Source: Ramazzottius varieornatus
Taxonomy: Eukaryota > Animalia > Tardigrada
Length of the DNA: 64,000 bases
Direction of reading: 5' to 3'
Assembly: GCA_001949185.1 (NCBI GenBank)
Contig: BDGG01000009.1
Location: forward strand, 1,167,624-1,231,623
This document shows positions 49,005-61,222 of this stretch, piece after piece. A model generated the notes under the pieces. The model searched no databases. It had not been told where the DNA came from and was given only the letters and a program-made list of their open reading frames with translations. How positions within the stretch are numbered: position 1 is the first letter of the stretch; the number at the start of each line of letters is the position of its first letter. Made by a program: the position numbers and the translations under genes.

Positions 49005-50233
49005 ATGCCATTCCATACAGCATCATCTTCCCAGCTGCAGCTGCTGCCAAAGCCTACCAATCAACGTGGCGAATCAACTTTTACATCTGGCGGGGAGAAG
49101 GCAAAGGAGGTGAAAAAGCGCGATAGTTGGAAGTATGGAGCCGAGGAACGTCTGCTACAGTGGATGGAAACGCCAGGTAATTATGACAAATACAGATCTG
49201 CCTCGCAATTGAAAGATGACGGGAGGACCAGAACTAGAGGCAAGACGAAAGAAGCCATCAAGAAAGAAATTGAAGCAATGTTAGCCCAGTGTGGATTTAT
49301 CAAGACCACCGATCAAGTTCATAACAAGATCGACAACCTGGTCAGCTCATGGAAGAAGGCGCATCGAGCTTTGGGAGGAACGGGCTTTGAGAGTCAGGAC
49401 GAGAAAAATCTGAAAGGTATCCGGTCCTCCTATGAAAAGTCGAAAGTTGGGAAAATGGACTGAGCCATTCATAATGGGAACGTTTTCCCAACTTTCGGAC
49501 TTTGTACTTTTTTGGCGTAGAGACAACTCGTCAGATGTGTCCGCACTGGGATCGGCTGGATCCAATTCTCTGCAATCGTCCTGCTATGTTCGGCCTCTTC
49601 ACCGGGGACAACGAGGACGGTATCGTGGCGGAAGTTTTCTCAAAGGTTCGAACGATAAATGAAGCAGTACCTCAGATCGACCTTGGTCAACCGGATCCAA
49701 CAAGCCCAGAGGTCTTTCCATTCAGCTCACCCGACAGCGTGCGTGCGAGCACTCCTGATGTGGAAGATCATCGGTCCCAAGCGGATAAAGCTCTTGATGG
49801 GGACTATGTTCCCTCTGACGACGAGGAACAGTTCGGCGCTTCTTCTACTAAGTCGCTAAGCTCTGTCATCAACAACTCTGCAAAGAAATCCACTGCTGGA
49901 CTGCAGAAAAGTAACATGGGTGGTCAACAAGAAAGTGTCAAGAAGCCACGAGAGAAACCCATGGACTTAGTTGGAGTTCTGCTGGCAACAGGAAAAGAAA
50001 GAAACGATCGAGCCGCCGCCAGAAATGAAATGGTAGAGCGCCGATACAAGCGCGAGCTGGGTCTGAAGGAGGAAGAAATCAAACTCCAAGCCAAGAAACA
50101 GCGCGATGAGCATGAAGCCAGGATGAACGAACTGGAGCGGAAAGACCGAGACAACGAGTTACGAAAAGCCGAAATCGAGTTGCGCAGGCTGGAGCTACAG
50201 TTGGAGATGGGAAAGATGAGGAGAGAAATTTGA
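49005..50233 (+). CDS. Harbinger Myb/SANT-like DNA-binding protein, 2 exons (intron 49417-49520), intact
   Basis: W...EERLLQW...QVHNKIDNLVSSWKKA spliced in frame to ETTRQMCPHWDRLDPIL; C-terminal charged coiled coil. Confidence 0.85.
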
Positions 50234-51186
50234 GCGTTGTGCATTCACTTTAATGACGTTATTTGGAAATTCGAAGTCTGGAAAAATGTTATCATTCTGT
50301 TTCCCAGTCTTTATAAGCTCAACTTTCGGGATCTTACAAATGAGGAATATGATTGTACTGAACTGAACCGAATCTGTGATCGACGAATTCTCGAAATTTC
50401 GAAAGTTGGGAAATCAAGCTCCTGCGCTCGCAGCAGGACGAAAAACCCAAATTTCGAACGTTCTAATTCAGTATCGTCCCAGAACCGATTGCTTCACTGC
50501 TTCGCGTTTCATCCGTCCAGTTTGGCACGAGTCTGCCTGTAAGTGGATGACGAGTTCATCGTCTTCGTTTTCTTCGGCGTTCGCTTCTTCTTCGGTCCAC
50601 TCTTCGTCATAGGGGTCCTTATCGAGTAAGTTGTGAAGTATGCAGCAGACTCGGATCCAGTACACCGCCCACGCAAGGTCTTTCTTTCCTTTGATGTGCA
50701 CTCGTAGACGCTTTAGGCTCTTGAAACGCCCCTTCAGGATTCCGATCGTGTGCTCAGCAGCAACTCTAGCTCCGGCGTGGATAGCGTTGAACTCCCGATT
50801 TTCGGCAATGTCGGCCGCAGGCTTCTTCTACGTAGGAACTGTTATGTCCGAGGTGGAGTATGCGCTGTCAGCCAGCAGATACTCCCCGTTTGCAAAGTAG
50901 TCTGATGGAAATCTTGCAAGTTTGGAATACATAAAAACACGGTGGTCGTGCGCTCCACCCGGCCAACCAGCATAGACGTGGCCGATAATTTTTTGGTCAT
51001 CCACAACTATCATAGCATTTATGGCGTAACCACTCTTGCGTGAGAATTAGTCTTCTCCGCTGCCTGCGGGCTTTTCTTCCAGACCGACCAGTGTTCCATC
51101 AACATATCCGATGCAATTACGGATTTTGTGAGCCTCTTCGATACGCCTTCTGATCTGCATCCGTTCAGCTGTCTTGGGCCAAAATA

Positions 51187-52450
51187 TCACGTGATAAGGT
51201 ATGACTTGTCGGCCACCAACATAAAATTTTATTACAACTTTCCCCAGTTTGAATCTAATCCATTTCAATCGAAGTATTCACCGTTACTATCGACACACTT
51301 TTGCCATTTTTCCGGTAGACAAGATAGGCCTTTACGGAAGAACTCGAGAGAAAGAGAACCGGCGAAGTTCTCGAAGGCACTTTTCACAGCTTCTTCGGAG
51401 TTAAATTTTCTTCCTCTCAAAAAGTTATCAAAATTCAAAAAGAAGTGATAATCTGTTGGAGCTAAGTCAGGACTGTATGGTGGATGAGGAAGAGTTTCCA
51501 GACCGAGCTCGCGTAATTTGGCAGAAGTCTTTTTCGCGGAGTGAGCTTTTGCGTTGTCGTGTAGCAGCAGGGGCTTGTCACGATTGACCAACTTTGGTTG
51601 CTTGACGGTCAGCTTCTTCATCATTTCCTCCAGTTCCAGAGAGTAGTGGTCTGCTACTATTGTTTTGCCAGGAGGAAGAAAGTCATAGTGCACTATCCCT
51701 TCCATTGTCCACCAAACAGTAACCATGATCTTGCGTTGGTGAAGCTCAGGCTTTGGGCTTCACCTGGGCTCAAAATTACCTTCTTCCGCTTCCGGTTGTT
51801 GTAAAGAATCCACTTCTCATCACACGTAACAATTCGATGCAGGAAAGGTTCGTTTCTGGAACGGTTGAGGAGAGAAAGACACACGTCCACACGATGCCTT
51901 TTCTGGAGTGCGCTAAGTTCATGAGGTACCCACTTTTCCAAATTTTTCACCTTACCGATCTGACGAAGGTGCAAATCGATAGTCACGGGTGAGTGTTGAG
52001 ACAATACGGCAGACGTTTGGGAAGGATCGGACTCCACCAGCTTTCTCAGCTCGTCGTTGTTCACTTTCAGTTTTGGCCTTCCGTGAGGGTGATCTTCGAG
52101 ACTGAAATCTCCCGAACGGAAACCAGCATACCATCGTTCCACCGTACGTTCGTTAGTGGCGTCTTCACCAAACACATTGTTGATACTCCGGGCTGTCTGT
52201 GTTGCGTTGGTGCCACGACGAAATTCATACTCGAAAATAGTCCGTAACTTGCTCTTGTCCATGGGCGCGCCAATAACTCCACAGAGAGGGCAAAAACAAC
52301 AAACTAACATAAACGAAGCAGCGAAAGATAGTAGACGAACACTAGCATCGACACAAAAAAACACGAGACGAAACGATCGCGCTAAAAGAGAGATATGAAT
52401 TTTTCAATGTGAGACTGGTGTGAGCCGACAAGTCATACCTTATCACCTGA
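51187..52450 (-). mobile_element. mariner transposon (1264 bp), cecropia/Hsmar1-like
   Basis: TIR TCASGTGATAAGGTATGACTTGTCGGC at both ends, TA duplications at 51185-86 and 52451-52. Confidence 0.95.
51265..52262 (-). pseudogene. mariner DD34D transposase with one frameshift near 51755
   Basis: WVPHEL, IVTCDEKW, LLHDNA, HPPYSPDLAPTDYHFF; frame changes between PGEA and PKPELHQRKIMVTVWW. Confidence 0.93.
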
Positions 52451-53277
52451 TACTGTGTGGCGTTCCAGTGAGAGCAATGCCACCATAACACGTTCGGTGT
52501 ACAGATTTACCGTACCTTCTCCTACACCAAAATACGCACCATCCTTCCATGAAGAGGAGCCCGATCCGTCGAATCCAAAACGGTCCAGCGCAATCATCAG
52601 CTGTTCCGCGGGATCGGCTTGGCTGAGGTTGCTCTTGTTCTTGAAGACTTTGTAGTCTCGTATCTTTTGCGCGATTCCGTAGAACGCCTGTCTGCTCATA
52701 CTTGCGTTGCGCTTGAATGTCACATCGTCTGACTTGAAAATGATGTCGACCAGTTCTTTCGTTTTCGGTAACCACTGTCTTGGTGAGAGATAACGGCTAT
52801 CAGCTGCATAGCATCGTGCAATGGCCGTGGTAGTGTGGTCGTCGTCCGAGCTGCTTTCTGATTCCTCGGCTATCTTCCGATCTTGGTCATCGCTGCCTGA
52901 ATCCAGTACTTCCTTGACTATCAAATCCGTCAAAATCTTCACATCGATGGATCGCACCAGCTGCCTACGGTTCACTCGACTGGGCATCTTAAGGAGACAA
53001 ACTGTAAACAGACTAAAGTGCAAGGTATAAATAATGAAGAATACTCAAAAAATTTCCCTTTAACGGTTCTGACGTCACAGCCTTTTCTACGTCATTTGGT
53101 ATGTTAGACTGTGACTGATTATTTCGGTACTCAGGCCTGAAATTTCAATTGATCACCCGATTGGTTGATTTACTTAAACAAACGCCGTTTTTAAACGACT
53201 GCTTTTACGTAAACGCCAGCTTTGAGTCGAGCTACTGTTCCGAGAGCTTTAAGCTTTTGCGTTTCGCTTGACGGTCA

Positions 53278-53353
53278 CTGATGAGCTGCTAGACAGCCCT
53301 TGCTCAGTTGATTGACAATCAACTCAGCAATGGGCTGTTCCGCAACTCATCAG
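53278..53353. repeat. Near-perfect ~76-bp palindrome
   Basis: CTGATGAG..ACAGCCCTTGCTCAGTTGATTG A CAATCAACTCAGCAATGGGCTGT..CTCATCAG. Confidence 0.8.
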
Positions 53354-53576
53354 CGTTGACGGTTTTGGTCTTCAAGGTTGAAATTTTACCCCTCAGGGCC
53401 CAGGCTCTCGCACCGGAAGTTCATCACAGAATGCAGATCGACGTGATAATCTTTCTCCAGGTATCCGTATTCTGTGAACGTTAGACATCAGCATCTTGAT
53501 CTTTGGTGCTAGTATCCAAGCAGGTCTGATTCCGACAGCACCCAAGTAGACGGTTTTTCGAGACCAGCGGCTGCTG

Positions 53577-56500
53577 ATGCGTGTTGCCACTAAAGCTTAT
53601 TTTTTTTGTAAATCGAAGTTGGTTAGTGCGTTGCTATCAGCGGGCAAGCGCGCACGACAGTTCCGTACCGTCATCAACCAGGACCATCAAACGTATTTAC
53701 GAACACCGTTCCAGGAGGGACATCGCTGCCTGACTTCGTCTGTGTTCGCCGCTCGTAACGATTACTGTGTCAGATATTGCACCATTAGAAGCATGGTGCA
53801 TACTAGCCAACCGGAAGCGGATATGCAGTTCGAATATCCCAAATCCCGCCGCGATGAATCCGTCGTCGAAGATCTTCATGGCGTGAAGGTTTGTTTCTGT
53901 CTACTTAGCAAAGCATGTTGCTTGTGTTATATGAATGAGATGATTTAGTAGAACATATTTTGCTCAACGGTTTCCTTGCAGGTCGCAGATCCATATCGTT
54001 GGCTGGAAGACCCGGAAGCGAAGGAGACGAAAGAGTTTGTGGAGAAGCAGAACGAAATCACCAACAAATATCTTCATGATTACGAACATTACGACAACGT
54101 CAAGAGCTTGTAAGTTTCTGCCGAACATGCTCGATGCGTTTCTGATTATCTGTAAATTATCCCATGGTAGATGTACAGTATGTATTGTAGCCTTTAGAGA
54201 GCCTGATTGCAGGGTGACAAAGTTGCACGATTATCCACGGTACGGAGCACCGAACATTGAAGGAGACCATGTGTATTTCATGTTCAACAGCGGTCTACAA
54301 AACCAAGCGTAAGTGGTTATCAGTCCGAGAAATTGGCCACTCATGGCACTGCTGACTTCCGGTGGGGTGTCCATGCTTCTGTTTTTGCTTACAGTGTGAT
54401 ATACCGTCAAAAGTCACTAATGGACGACTCGAAAGAGGTCTTCTTCGATCCCAACACCTTGTCGGAAGATGGAACTACGGCCCTAAGTCAGACTAGCTGG
54501 TCCGAAGATGGACGGCTTATGGGGTATATGCTTTCTGCCGGTGGAAGTGACTGGCGAACGACCAAGGTAGATTCTATTAGCCTGGCATTACCATGTCCTG
54601 ACACTCTACTCGCATGACAGAAGTCTTTCTGACTGTTCAGATACTGGACGCTTCGTCGAAGGAAAACCTGCCGGATGTACTGGAGCGAGTCAAGTTCTCA
54701 TGTTTTGGGTGGACCCACGACCACAAAGGGTTTTTCTACAATGTGAGTGTTTACTGACCCGAACGTGTAATGTGGAAGCACGGTCAACGAAACGACCAGA
54801 TCGCTTTCTTTGAGTGGCGCACGCTTCCTGCTAATATCAGTGAAAAGGTGCTCCACTTGGAAAAGCAAACAAACTCGACCAGATCGCCTTTCCAGTGGCG
54901 CATGCTCTCGGCCAACAGCGCTGATAACCTGCGCCACTTGCGGGTCCGATCTTATCGGGCTAGTCTGGGGGAGGGGAAGGGGCTCCCGTGTTGTGTATCA
55001 TCAAGGTACGCGTATGCTGACTTTAATGTGTGGTTGTAGATGTACCCGGAAGTGACGACAGAGCAGGCGACAGGAACCAGCACAAGCTCTGACTATAACC
55101 AGAAGCTGTACTATCACGTCCTCGGAACGCCACAAAGTGAAGACGTTCTGTGTGCCGAGTTTCCGGATAACCCAAACTGGAAAGGGTCAGCTTCAGTAAC
55201 AGATGACGGAAACTACGTCTTATTAAGCATTAGCCGAAGTTGCGAGTCGAAAAACGGCTTGTGGTACTGTGACCTGCGCAAGACCGATGGTAAAATCGAA
55301 GACATTCTGCCATGGGTGAAACTGTTCGAGGACTTTGACGCCGAGTATGACGTACGTCCAAAGAGGAAAATCCAACATGAAATCAGGTCTAGAACTTGAT
55401 ATTCTTGTTTGGTGCAGGTGATCACGAATGAAGGAACACTATTCTACATCAAGACCAACCTCGACGCGAAGAACCACAGGATCATTGTTGTCGACGTCGC
55501 TGACGCGAAAAAGGTGAGTCTCGTCACTTCATCCTAAATTTCTCTATCCAGTTTACTTTGCTTTCATATGGGAAGGCGGTAAACCAATGTTCTATGACTG
55601 TTTTTTCAAGTGACGCATGCGTGTAGCGAATAACAATCGAAATGTGCGTCACCTGAAATAATGATCTTGCACGTTTCGTTTACCGGCTTTCCGTGTAGTG
55701 CTCTTGTTTCGCAGGGTAACTGGAAGGAGCTTATTCCGGAGAACCCAAAGTATTTCTTGGAATGGGCGTGCTGCGCAGCTGGAGATAAGCTGGTTCTTCA
55801 CTACATTGAGGATGTCAAGGTGGGTCGACCAAGTAACAGCAGGATTGACGAGAGTGTTACATATCTTTTCTCCGCTTGGTAGTCCGCCATGTACGTGCAC
55901 GAGTTGTCCAGTGGGAAACGTCTCCATACTTTTGACCTAGGATGCAGCGCGGTCATGCAGGTCAGCTGCAAGAAGAAACTTCCACAGGTAAACATATGAT
56001 CAAACTCTGTTCTTAACTGTTCAATGCATTAATTTTCTTTTCGATGCATGATCGGAAAGTGTGAGTTAGTGAGTCCGGTTCGTCTTTCAGTTTTTCTACA
56101 AGCTACAGTCCTTCACGAACCCTGGCACGGTCTACCTCTGTGATATGTCCAGGCCAGACTTTCCTTCGACGGTAAGTGTACTATTGATATCTTGCGCCAT
56201 CCCCCTTCGACGAACCCAAATGTAAAAATAATTATGGCTCGTAGGTCTTTCGTGAGATCAAGTCCGCAGCGTTCGATCCGAATGAATATGAGACCACTCA
56301 AGTATTCTACCCTAGCGCTGATGGCGTTAAAGTTCCAATGTTCATTACGCATCGAAAGGTAAGCTTATACGGATAAGTTATACAATGATATTTCGCGAAT
56401 CGACGAATGAGGTACACGAGCTTGCTTGAAGTGACAATGGCGCTTTGGTTACAGGGTCTGAAACCGAGCGAAGAGACGCCATGCCTGTTGTACGCTTACG

Positions 56501-57815
56501 GCGGGTTCCACATCGCGGTCCAGCCATACTTCAGTGCGCGTTTCGTATCCTTCCTCAAGGCTTTCGACGGGATTTTTGCGGTTGCGAATATCCGCGGAGG
56601 CTCGTAAGTCATGCATCGTCTTGCAATATTTTGAGGTCGCTTGTGGAAGGGTAGAGTTGTGTTGCAGAGAGTACGGCGAAGAATGGTGGATAAACGGATC
56701 GTTGAAGAACAAGCAAAACTGCTTCACCGACTTCCAGTGCGCCGCAGAGTATCTTTACAAGGAAGAATACACCTCCGCCAAAAAGTACGTACTAACTCGA
56801 TTCGAATCTACGTTTGAAAAAATGTGGTTGCAACCAATTCAAAGGTAACCAATGTGGATACCAAATGTGGTTGAAAAAATGTGGTTGCAAATGAAAGGTG
56901 GACAAATAAAGTGCTTTCTTCAGACTGGCCATCATGGGAGGCTCGAACGGAGGTCTGTTGGTTGGGGCTTGCAGGTAAAGTTTCCGCGTCATTGTAAATT
57001 CCAAGTTTTACGACTTGTACTGATCATCTCTTCCTGACTAATTCCAGCAACCAGCGACCCGAACTGTTCGGAGCAGCCATTCCTATGGTCGGGTAGGTCT
57101 ATCCGAAGAATTGCCCCAGCTGGTCTGTATTCAACCGCGGCTTGGTTTTTCTTTGGTTGAATAGGGTAATGGACATGTTACGTTTCCACAAGTTCACGAT
57201 TGGGCATTATTGGACATCGGACTATGGAAATCCCGATGTGAAGGAAGATTTTGATGTCGTCATGAAGTAAGTCCGCTAAAACGGGGTGGAACCTCTCAGT
57301 CTTTTGACTGGCTTTGTATTTCTAGGTATTCTCCGCTGCACAACATTAAGAAGCCGGAAGATGACGTTCAGTACCCAGCTACGCTAGTGGTGACTGCTGA
57401 CCATGACGACCGAGTGTCACCATTACATTCGCTCAAGTACGTAGCCCAGCTCCAACACGTGGTGTGTGCCGATCAGAAGCAAAAGAAACCGTTAATGGTG
57501 CGTGTCGAGACGAAAGCTGGACATGGTGCCGGAAAATCAACCACCAAGATCGTAAGTGGCACGTCGGCAAATGAATTTACCCACACTGTTTTAGCCAGTG
57601 ACGCACACTCCCAGCCAATAACAACGCAAATGTGCGTCGCGTTTGATGACGACCTGGGTGAAATCATTCTGCCGACGTCCCAACTCCAAATTTTGTACTA
57701 CGGTATGCGGGTCGTTTGGACAACTAGTATTTGTTTTCAGATCGAGGAAATTGTAGATTGTCTCGTGTTCTGCGCAAAGGCCTTGCAGTACGAATGGAAG
57801 GGTCCACAAACATGA
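53577..57815 (+). CDS. PREP: Prolyl endopeptidase (S9A), multi-exon; conserved part starts at ~53793-53823
   Basis: [51 protein letters not shown] (Ser), DHDDRV (Asp), KAGHGAGK (His). Confidence 0.96.
54774..54968. repeat. Family A copy, 2 units, PREP intron
   Basis: Two AGTGGCGCA units, linker CAAACTCGACCAGATCG. Confidence 0.9.
55570..55692. repeat. Family A copy, 1 unit, PREP intron
   Basis: AGTGACGCA-N27-TGCGTCAC. Confidence 0.85.
56809..56891. repeat. Short intronic repeat of AATGTGGTTG-like units
   Basis: Four AATGTGG(TTG) units, including two copies of TTGAAAAAATGTGGTTGCAA. Confidence 0.7.
57558..57681. repeat. Family A copy, 1 unit, PREP intron
   Basis: ACGTCGGCA ... TGCCGACGT; GACGCA-N27-TGCGTC. 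Confidence 0.85.
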
Positions 57816-58219
57816 GTCTCCCTGACCGTACCTTTTCTTACCTTTATGATATGTTCATTCTGTTTCTATTTCTTTTTTGGATATTTTGTATATTTACGAA
57901 GAACTGGCAAGTGCAGCAGTTATCGTCTTCACAAGTAAAACTTCAGAAAGTGAACAAGTCAGACGAAAGGTTATAAAAATACCCAGAAAATAATGGAAAA
58001 CGAAGAAAATTTCAAAAATTCACGGAATGGAGAACAACGGAATGGATATGCTAGGAAAAAGAGAGGAAAAAACATGCAGCGTATTCTGTATTAATTTCGA
58101 GTATATATGAATCATTTTCATTCTTTACCGAGAAAAATAAACAGAATTTTCGAGGTCGCGAATGGAAAATCTTTCTGAGAGGTACTCTTTCACGGTTGAC
58201 GCATCTTCGCCTATCTTGT

Positions 58220-60589
58220 TTATTCGGACTTGTTTCCCTTGGTGCGAATGCGGCCTGCCGCATTGTTCTGGGAGCGAGGAGAGTTCGAGGACGCTGCAGC
58301 AGCTTTGGGAGAGCTTTCGGGGCTTCGTTCGTAATCACCAGCATCGTCCGATGATTCTCCGCGGACGGCCGTACTGGAAGCCTTGCTGCGACGTTCACCG
58401 GCCAGCTTCTTCCGTTGCATCACAGCTTCCGTTCGCTCTCGTCGACGTCGGAAATGGAATGTCAGGAAACGCGTCAGCATCCAAAAGTTCAAGACTACAA
58501 TTCCAGCGAAAGCGACGACCCTGCAGTGAGACAGCTGCCATTAGAAACCGTCAAAAGGTAAAACAAGCAGAAAAGAGTCAACTGAAAGTCGGCATAGGAA
58601 ACGTCCATGATCCTGTTCCAAGTGGCGAACACTCTCATTGTAATTGGCTGGAAGAGCACGCCACTCGAGACATCAATCCCGCACATTTCGTCTCAAGTAG
58701 CGCACTCTTCCAGCTAAACACAGTGATAGTGTGCGCCATTTGAAAAAGCGATCGTGGACGTTTCCTTTGCCGACCTCCTACAATTCCTACTTGATGAAGG
58801 GTGTGTTGTAGTTTCCGGTTTCGCGGTCAATGCTAGAAATCTGGGACGGCTTAAGCGCGTACAGCATGACATATCCGCTTAGCGCAACCGATAAGAACCG
58901 CGAGAAGACAAAGGCTGCGTTAAAGGCGCTGAACCTGTAAGCAAATAAAATCAACCTACGTACCAAATCAGGACAGAGAAACCTTTACGCAAATGATTAG
59001 AACGTACAAGGGTGCGGCCCAGCGATTGCGTTCCGAATAGTGGAGGATCTTGGCGGAGTGGAAAAGGACTTGCACAGCGGATTCAACCAGCATGAGGACG
59101 GCCAAAAGTCGGTGGAAACTGCGCGAAACAGCAAAAAACGTCAATGGATGTAAAAGGGAAAGACTTGACACGGCGTTGCAGGTAGCTTACTTGGTCATAT
59201 ATGCGGCAAGGACCACAACCAAGTTGATCGTTTGGTAGATCAAACGTGACTGCATATCTTCCTAAAACGAGAGTACGCTCTAAACTGCGATCCGAACACC
59301 GGAAGTGAGGGTGATCATGAGAAGGATGTACCTTCTTGACTTTCTGCAGGTACAGCTCGGCATAAGTGTGGACCCAGTGAGCAAGCTACAAAGGGAAAAC
59401 ACGTTCACTAGTAGATGGCCCCAAAGCGAACTTTTCCGAATGACCCGGTACGAAACTGACGTACCTGGAGGACCATGAAGAACTTCTCGTGGAACCTAAA
59501 ATAGATGACAACGTGTATGATGAGCACCAAGGGTTCACCAACTGGAACTGCCCTTACAGCATTTTACTATGAGGATAGTTCTCCCAGACGGTTCGATGGT
59601 TCGTCAAATAGCCTCGCTACACAACAGCAATCTCGGTAAGCATGCATGCTGAATAATAAGCATTCAAAGGAGTGACTACTCACGCCAACCATAAGATCGA
59701 CAGCCCATATGAACGTTATCAGGTAGAAACAGACCAACTGGGCGGATTCGCTAAATCGACTGGTGCGCAACTTGGACAGATGCAGACGACGGGTAATTTT
59801 CTAAAACAAACGGAAACTCGATAAAGGCCCTTGTAATTTATAGTAAACTGACGATACTTACATCAACGATGTATTCCTGGATGATCTGATGCATAATAAT
59901 GCAAACCATGGCGTAAAAGATAACGGCAAAGACATCGCGAAATCCGGTGGTGTATTCAATCGGGCGACCAGGATCTAAAAATAGAAGAACAGACGCTCGT
60001 TACCCGCCGGTTTTCTGTTAGAAAATGCAACGAAATTCGGTCAATTTGGACACTGACCGGCTTGTAATTCCTCCTGCGTGGTAACGTTGCTGGTCATGGC
60101 GACGAAAGGAACGGCAAGCCAGTTTGTCACCTGGAGCATGCAACAAGAAAGTTAGGGGAGGCTTGGATGTATTGCGCGAAGGTTTCGGTTGATGGAACAG
60201 GAAAACGAATGAGTTATTCAGCGTCATGGTCAAGTCTCAAGTTGAAGAGATGCCAATACACGTGGCACCAACACTCGTCCACGTCGGTACACAGTTCAAA
60301 CAATCAGCTGTAGACAGGTATCACAGTATGGCTTAATCAACTCACCGGTGCCATCATGCCTATCAGGATAAGGATGGTGATGCAGGAAAAAATATCAGCA
60401 TGATTCTGGATGAAGAATTCCTACAGAACACCCAGCATGAACATAATCTGCCAGATGTCGGGAGACATACGGGTGCTCGCAAGCCCGTAACAGCTGGATC
60501 AATAACGATTGTCTTACCTGCGAGAGGACAGGAGGGCTAGCTTTCTTGTCCGCTCCAGCTGGACGCCGAACAGTCCTGGGAACGGGCAT
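58220..60589 (-). CDS. TRAM1: Translocating chain-associated membrane protein (TRAM1-like), multi-exon
   Basis: KKASPPVLSQ/EFFIQNHADIFSC, HQIIQEYIVD/KITRRLHLSKLRTSRFSESAQL, ELYLQKVKK/EDM. Confidence 0.92.
58584..58778. repeat. Family A copy, 2 units, TRAM intron
   Basis: GTCGGCATAGGAAACGTCCATGATC / GATCGTGGACGTTTCCTTTGCCGAC arms. Confidence 0.88.
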
Positions 60590-61222
60590 CTTGCTCTACG
60601 TACGGACGCCTCCTTCTCCCCTCGTCTTCAGCAGCACCTTATAGAAGAAGCCTGCAACCACCTTCAAAGTAATCCGGGTAAAACAACAAACTGCCGAGTT
60701 GTTTCTCCGCGACTTCCGTCTGCTGGCCAGACGGCGCATACATACCGTACGTTACAGGTGGTGGGCGGTCGGCCTGGACCGTGTGTAGGTTGGCGAAGCT
60801 GGAATCCGGACCGAGTTGCGGCGCAATTGCGGTCCTTGTGCCGGTATGGAGTAATTCAGCTTCGGTTCGATCCGATCGACCAGCCAGATTCGTTTGGAGA
60901 AGACCCGAGAAGGCCGATTTCGTCCTTCGTGACGTAGTGCTATACAATCAACTGGGACTTGGCCGGAGGTGTACATAGAATTCGCAATCTCGACAGACCG
61001 AGGATCCATTCTGGGGCAAACACCATCGTTTGTTTATCTTGGATGAAAGGTCACATTCATTGGCTCTTATCGAACCTCGAAGGTGCAGATGGGGAATCTG
61101 TGTTGTGCTCTGTCTAATTGACGTCGTGCCTGTCCTTGTGTGAGGAGGCTGTGATGAAAGCGAGTGGCAATTTGGGTCAGTCGTTATCAAGGTAAAGCTT
61201 ACCTACCTTAGCTGAAGGCTGA

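Larger units (their letters stand above)
50468..52987 (-). pseudogene. Harbinger (HARBI1/DDE_Tnp_4) nuclease, interrupted by mariner and two in-frame stops
   Basis: FGVGEGTVNLYTERV, CIGYVDGT, SRKSGYAINAMIVVD, GWPGGAHDHRVF, YLLADSAY, RVAAEHTIGILKGRF, CCILHN. Confidence 0.92.
48700..53220. mobile_element. PIF/Harbinger transposon (convergent Myb/SANT and DDE nuclease genes); ends approximate
   Basis: Two-gene tail-to-tail layout typical of Harbinger; repeated TTTANNTAAAC motifs near both presumed ends; TIR/TSD not identified. Confidence 0.8.

Noticed and set aside
50828-51049. Both in-frame stops of the Harbinger nuclease (TAA ~51047, TAG ~50828) fall where Tyr is expected and both Harbinger genes end in TGA, hinting at a UAR=Tyr code
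   Set aside because: About 20 other Tyr codons in the element are normal TAY, Tyr codons are one step from stop, host genes use TAA/TAG stops, and the gene is already killed by mariner; simple decay explains it.
48180-53400. Candidate Harbinger TIR/TSD pairs
   Set aside because: No convincing inverted match with a 3-bp duplication was found by eye, so the ends are left approximate.
60639-61190. ORFs between TRAM and ZMYND8
   Set aside because: Short, overlapping on both strands, no motifs; probably divergent promoter/UTR sequence.
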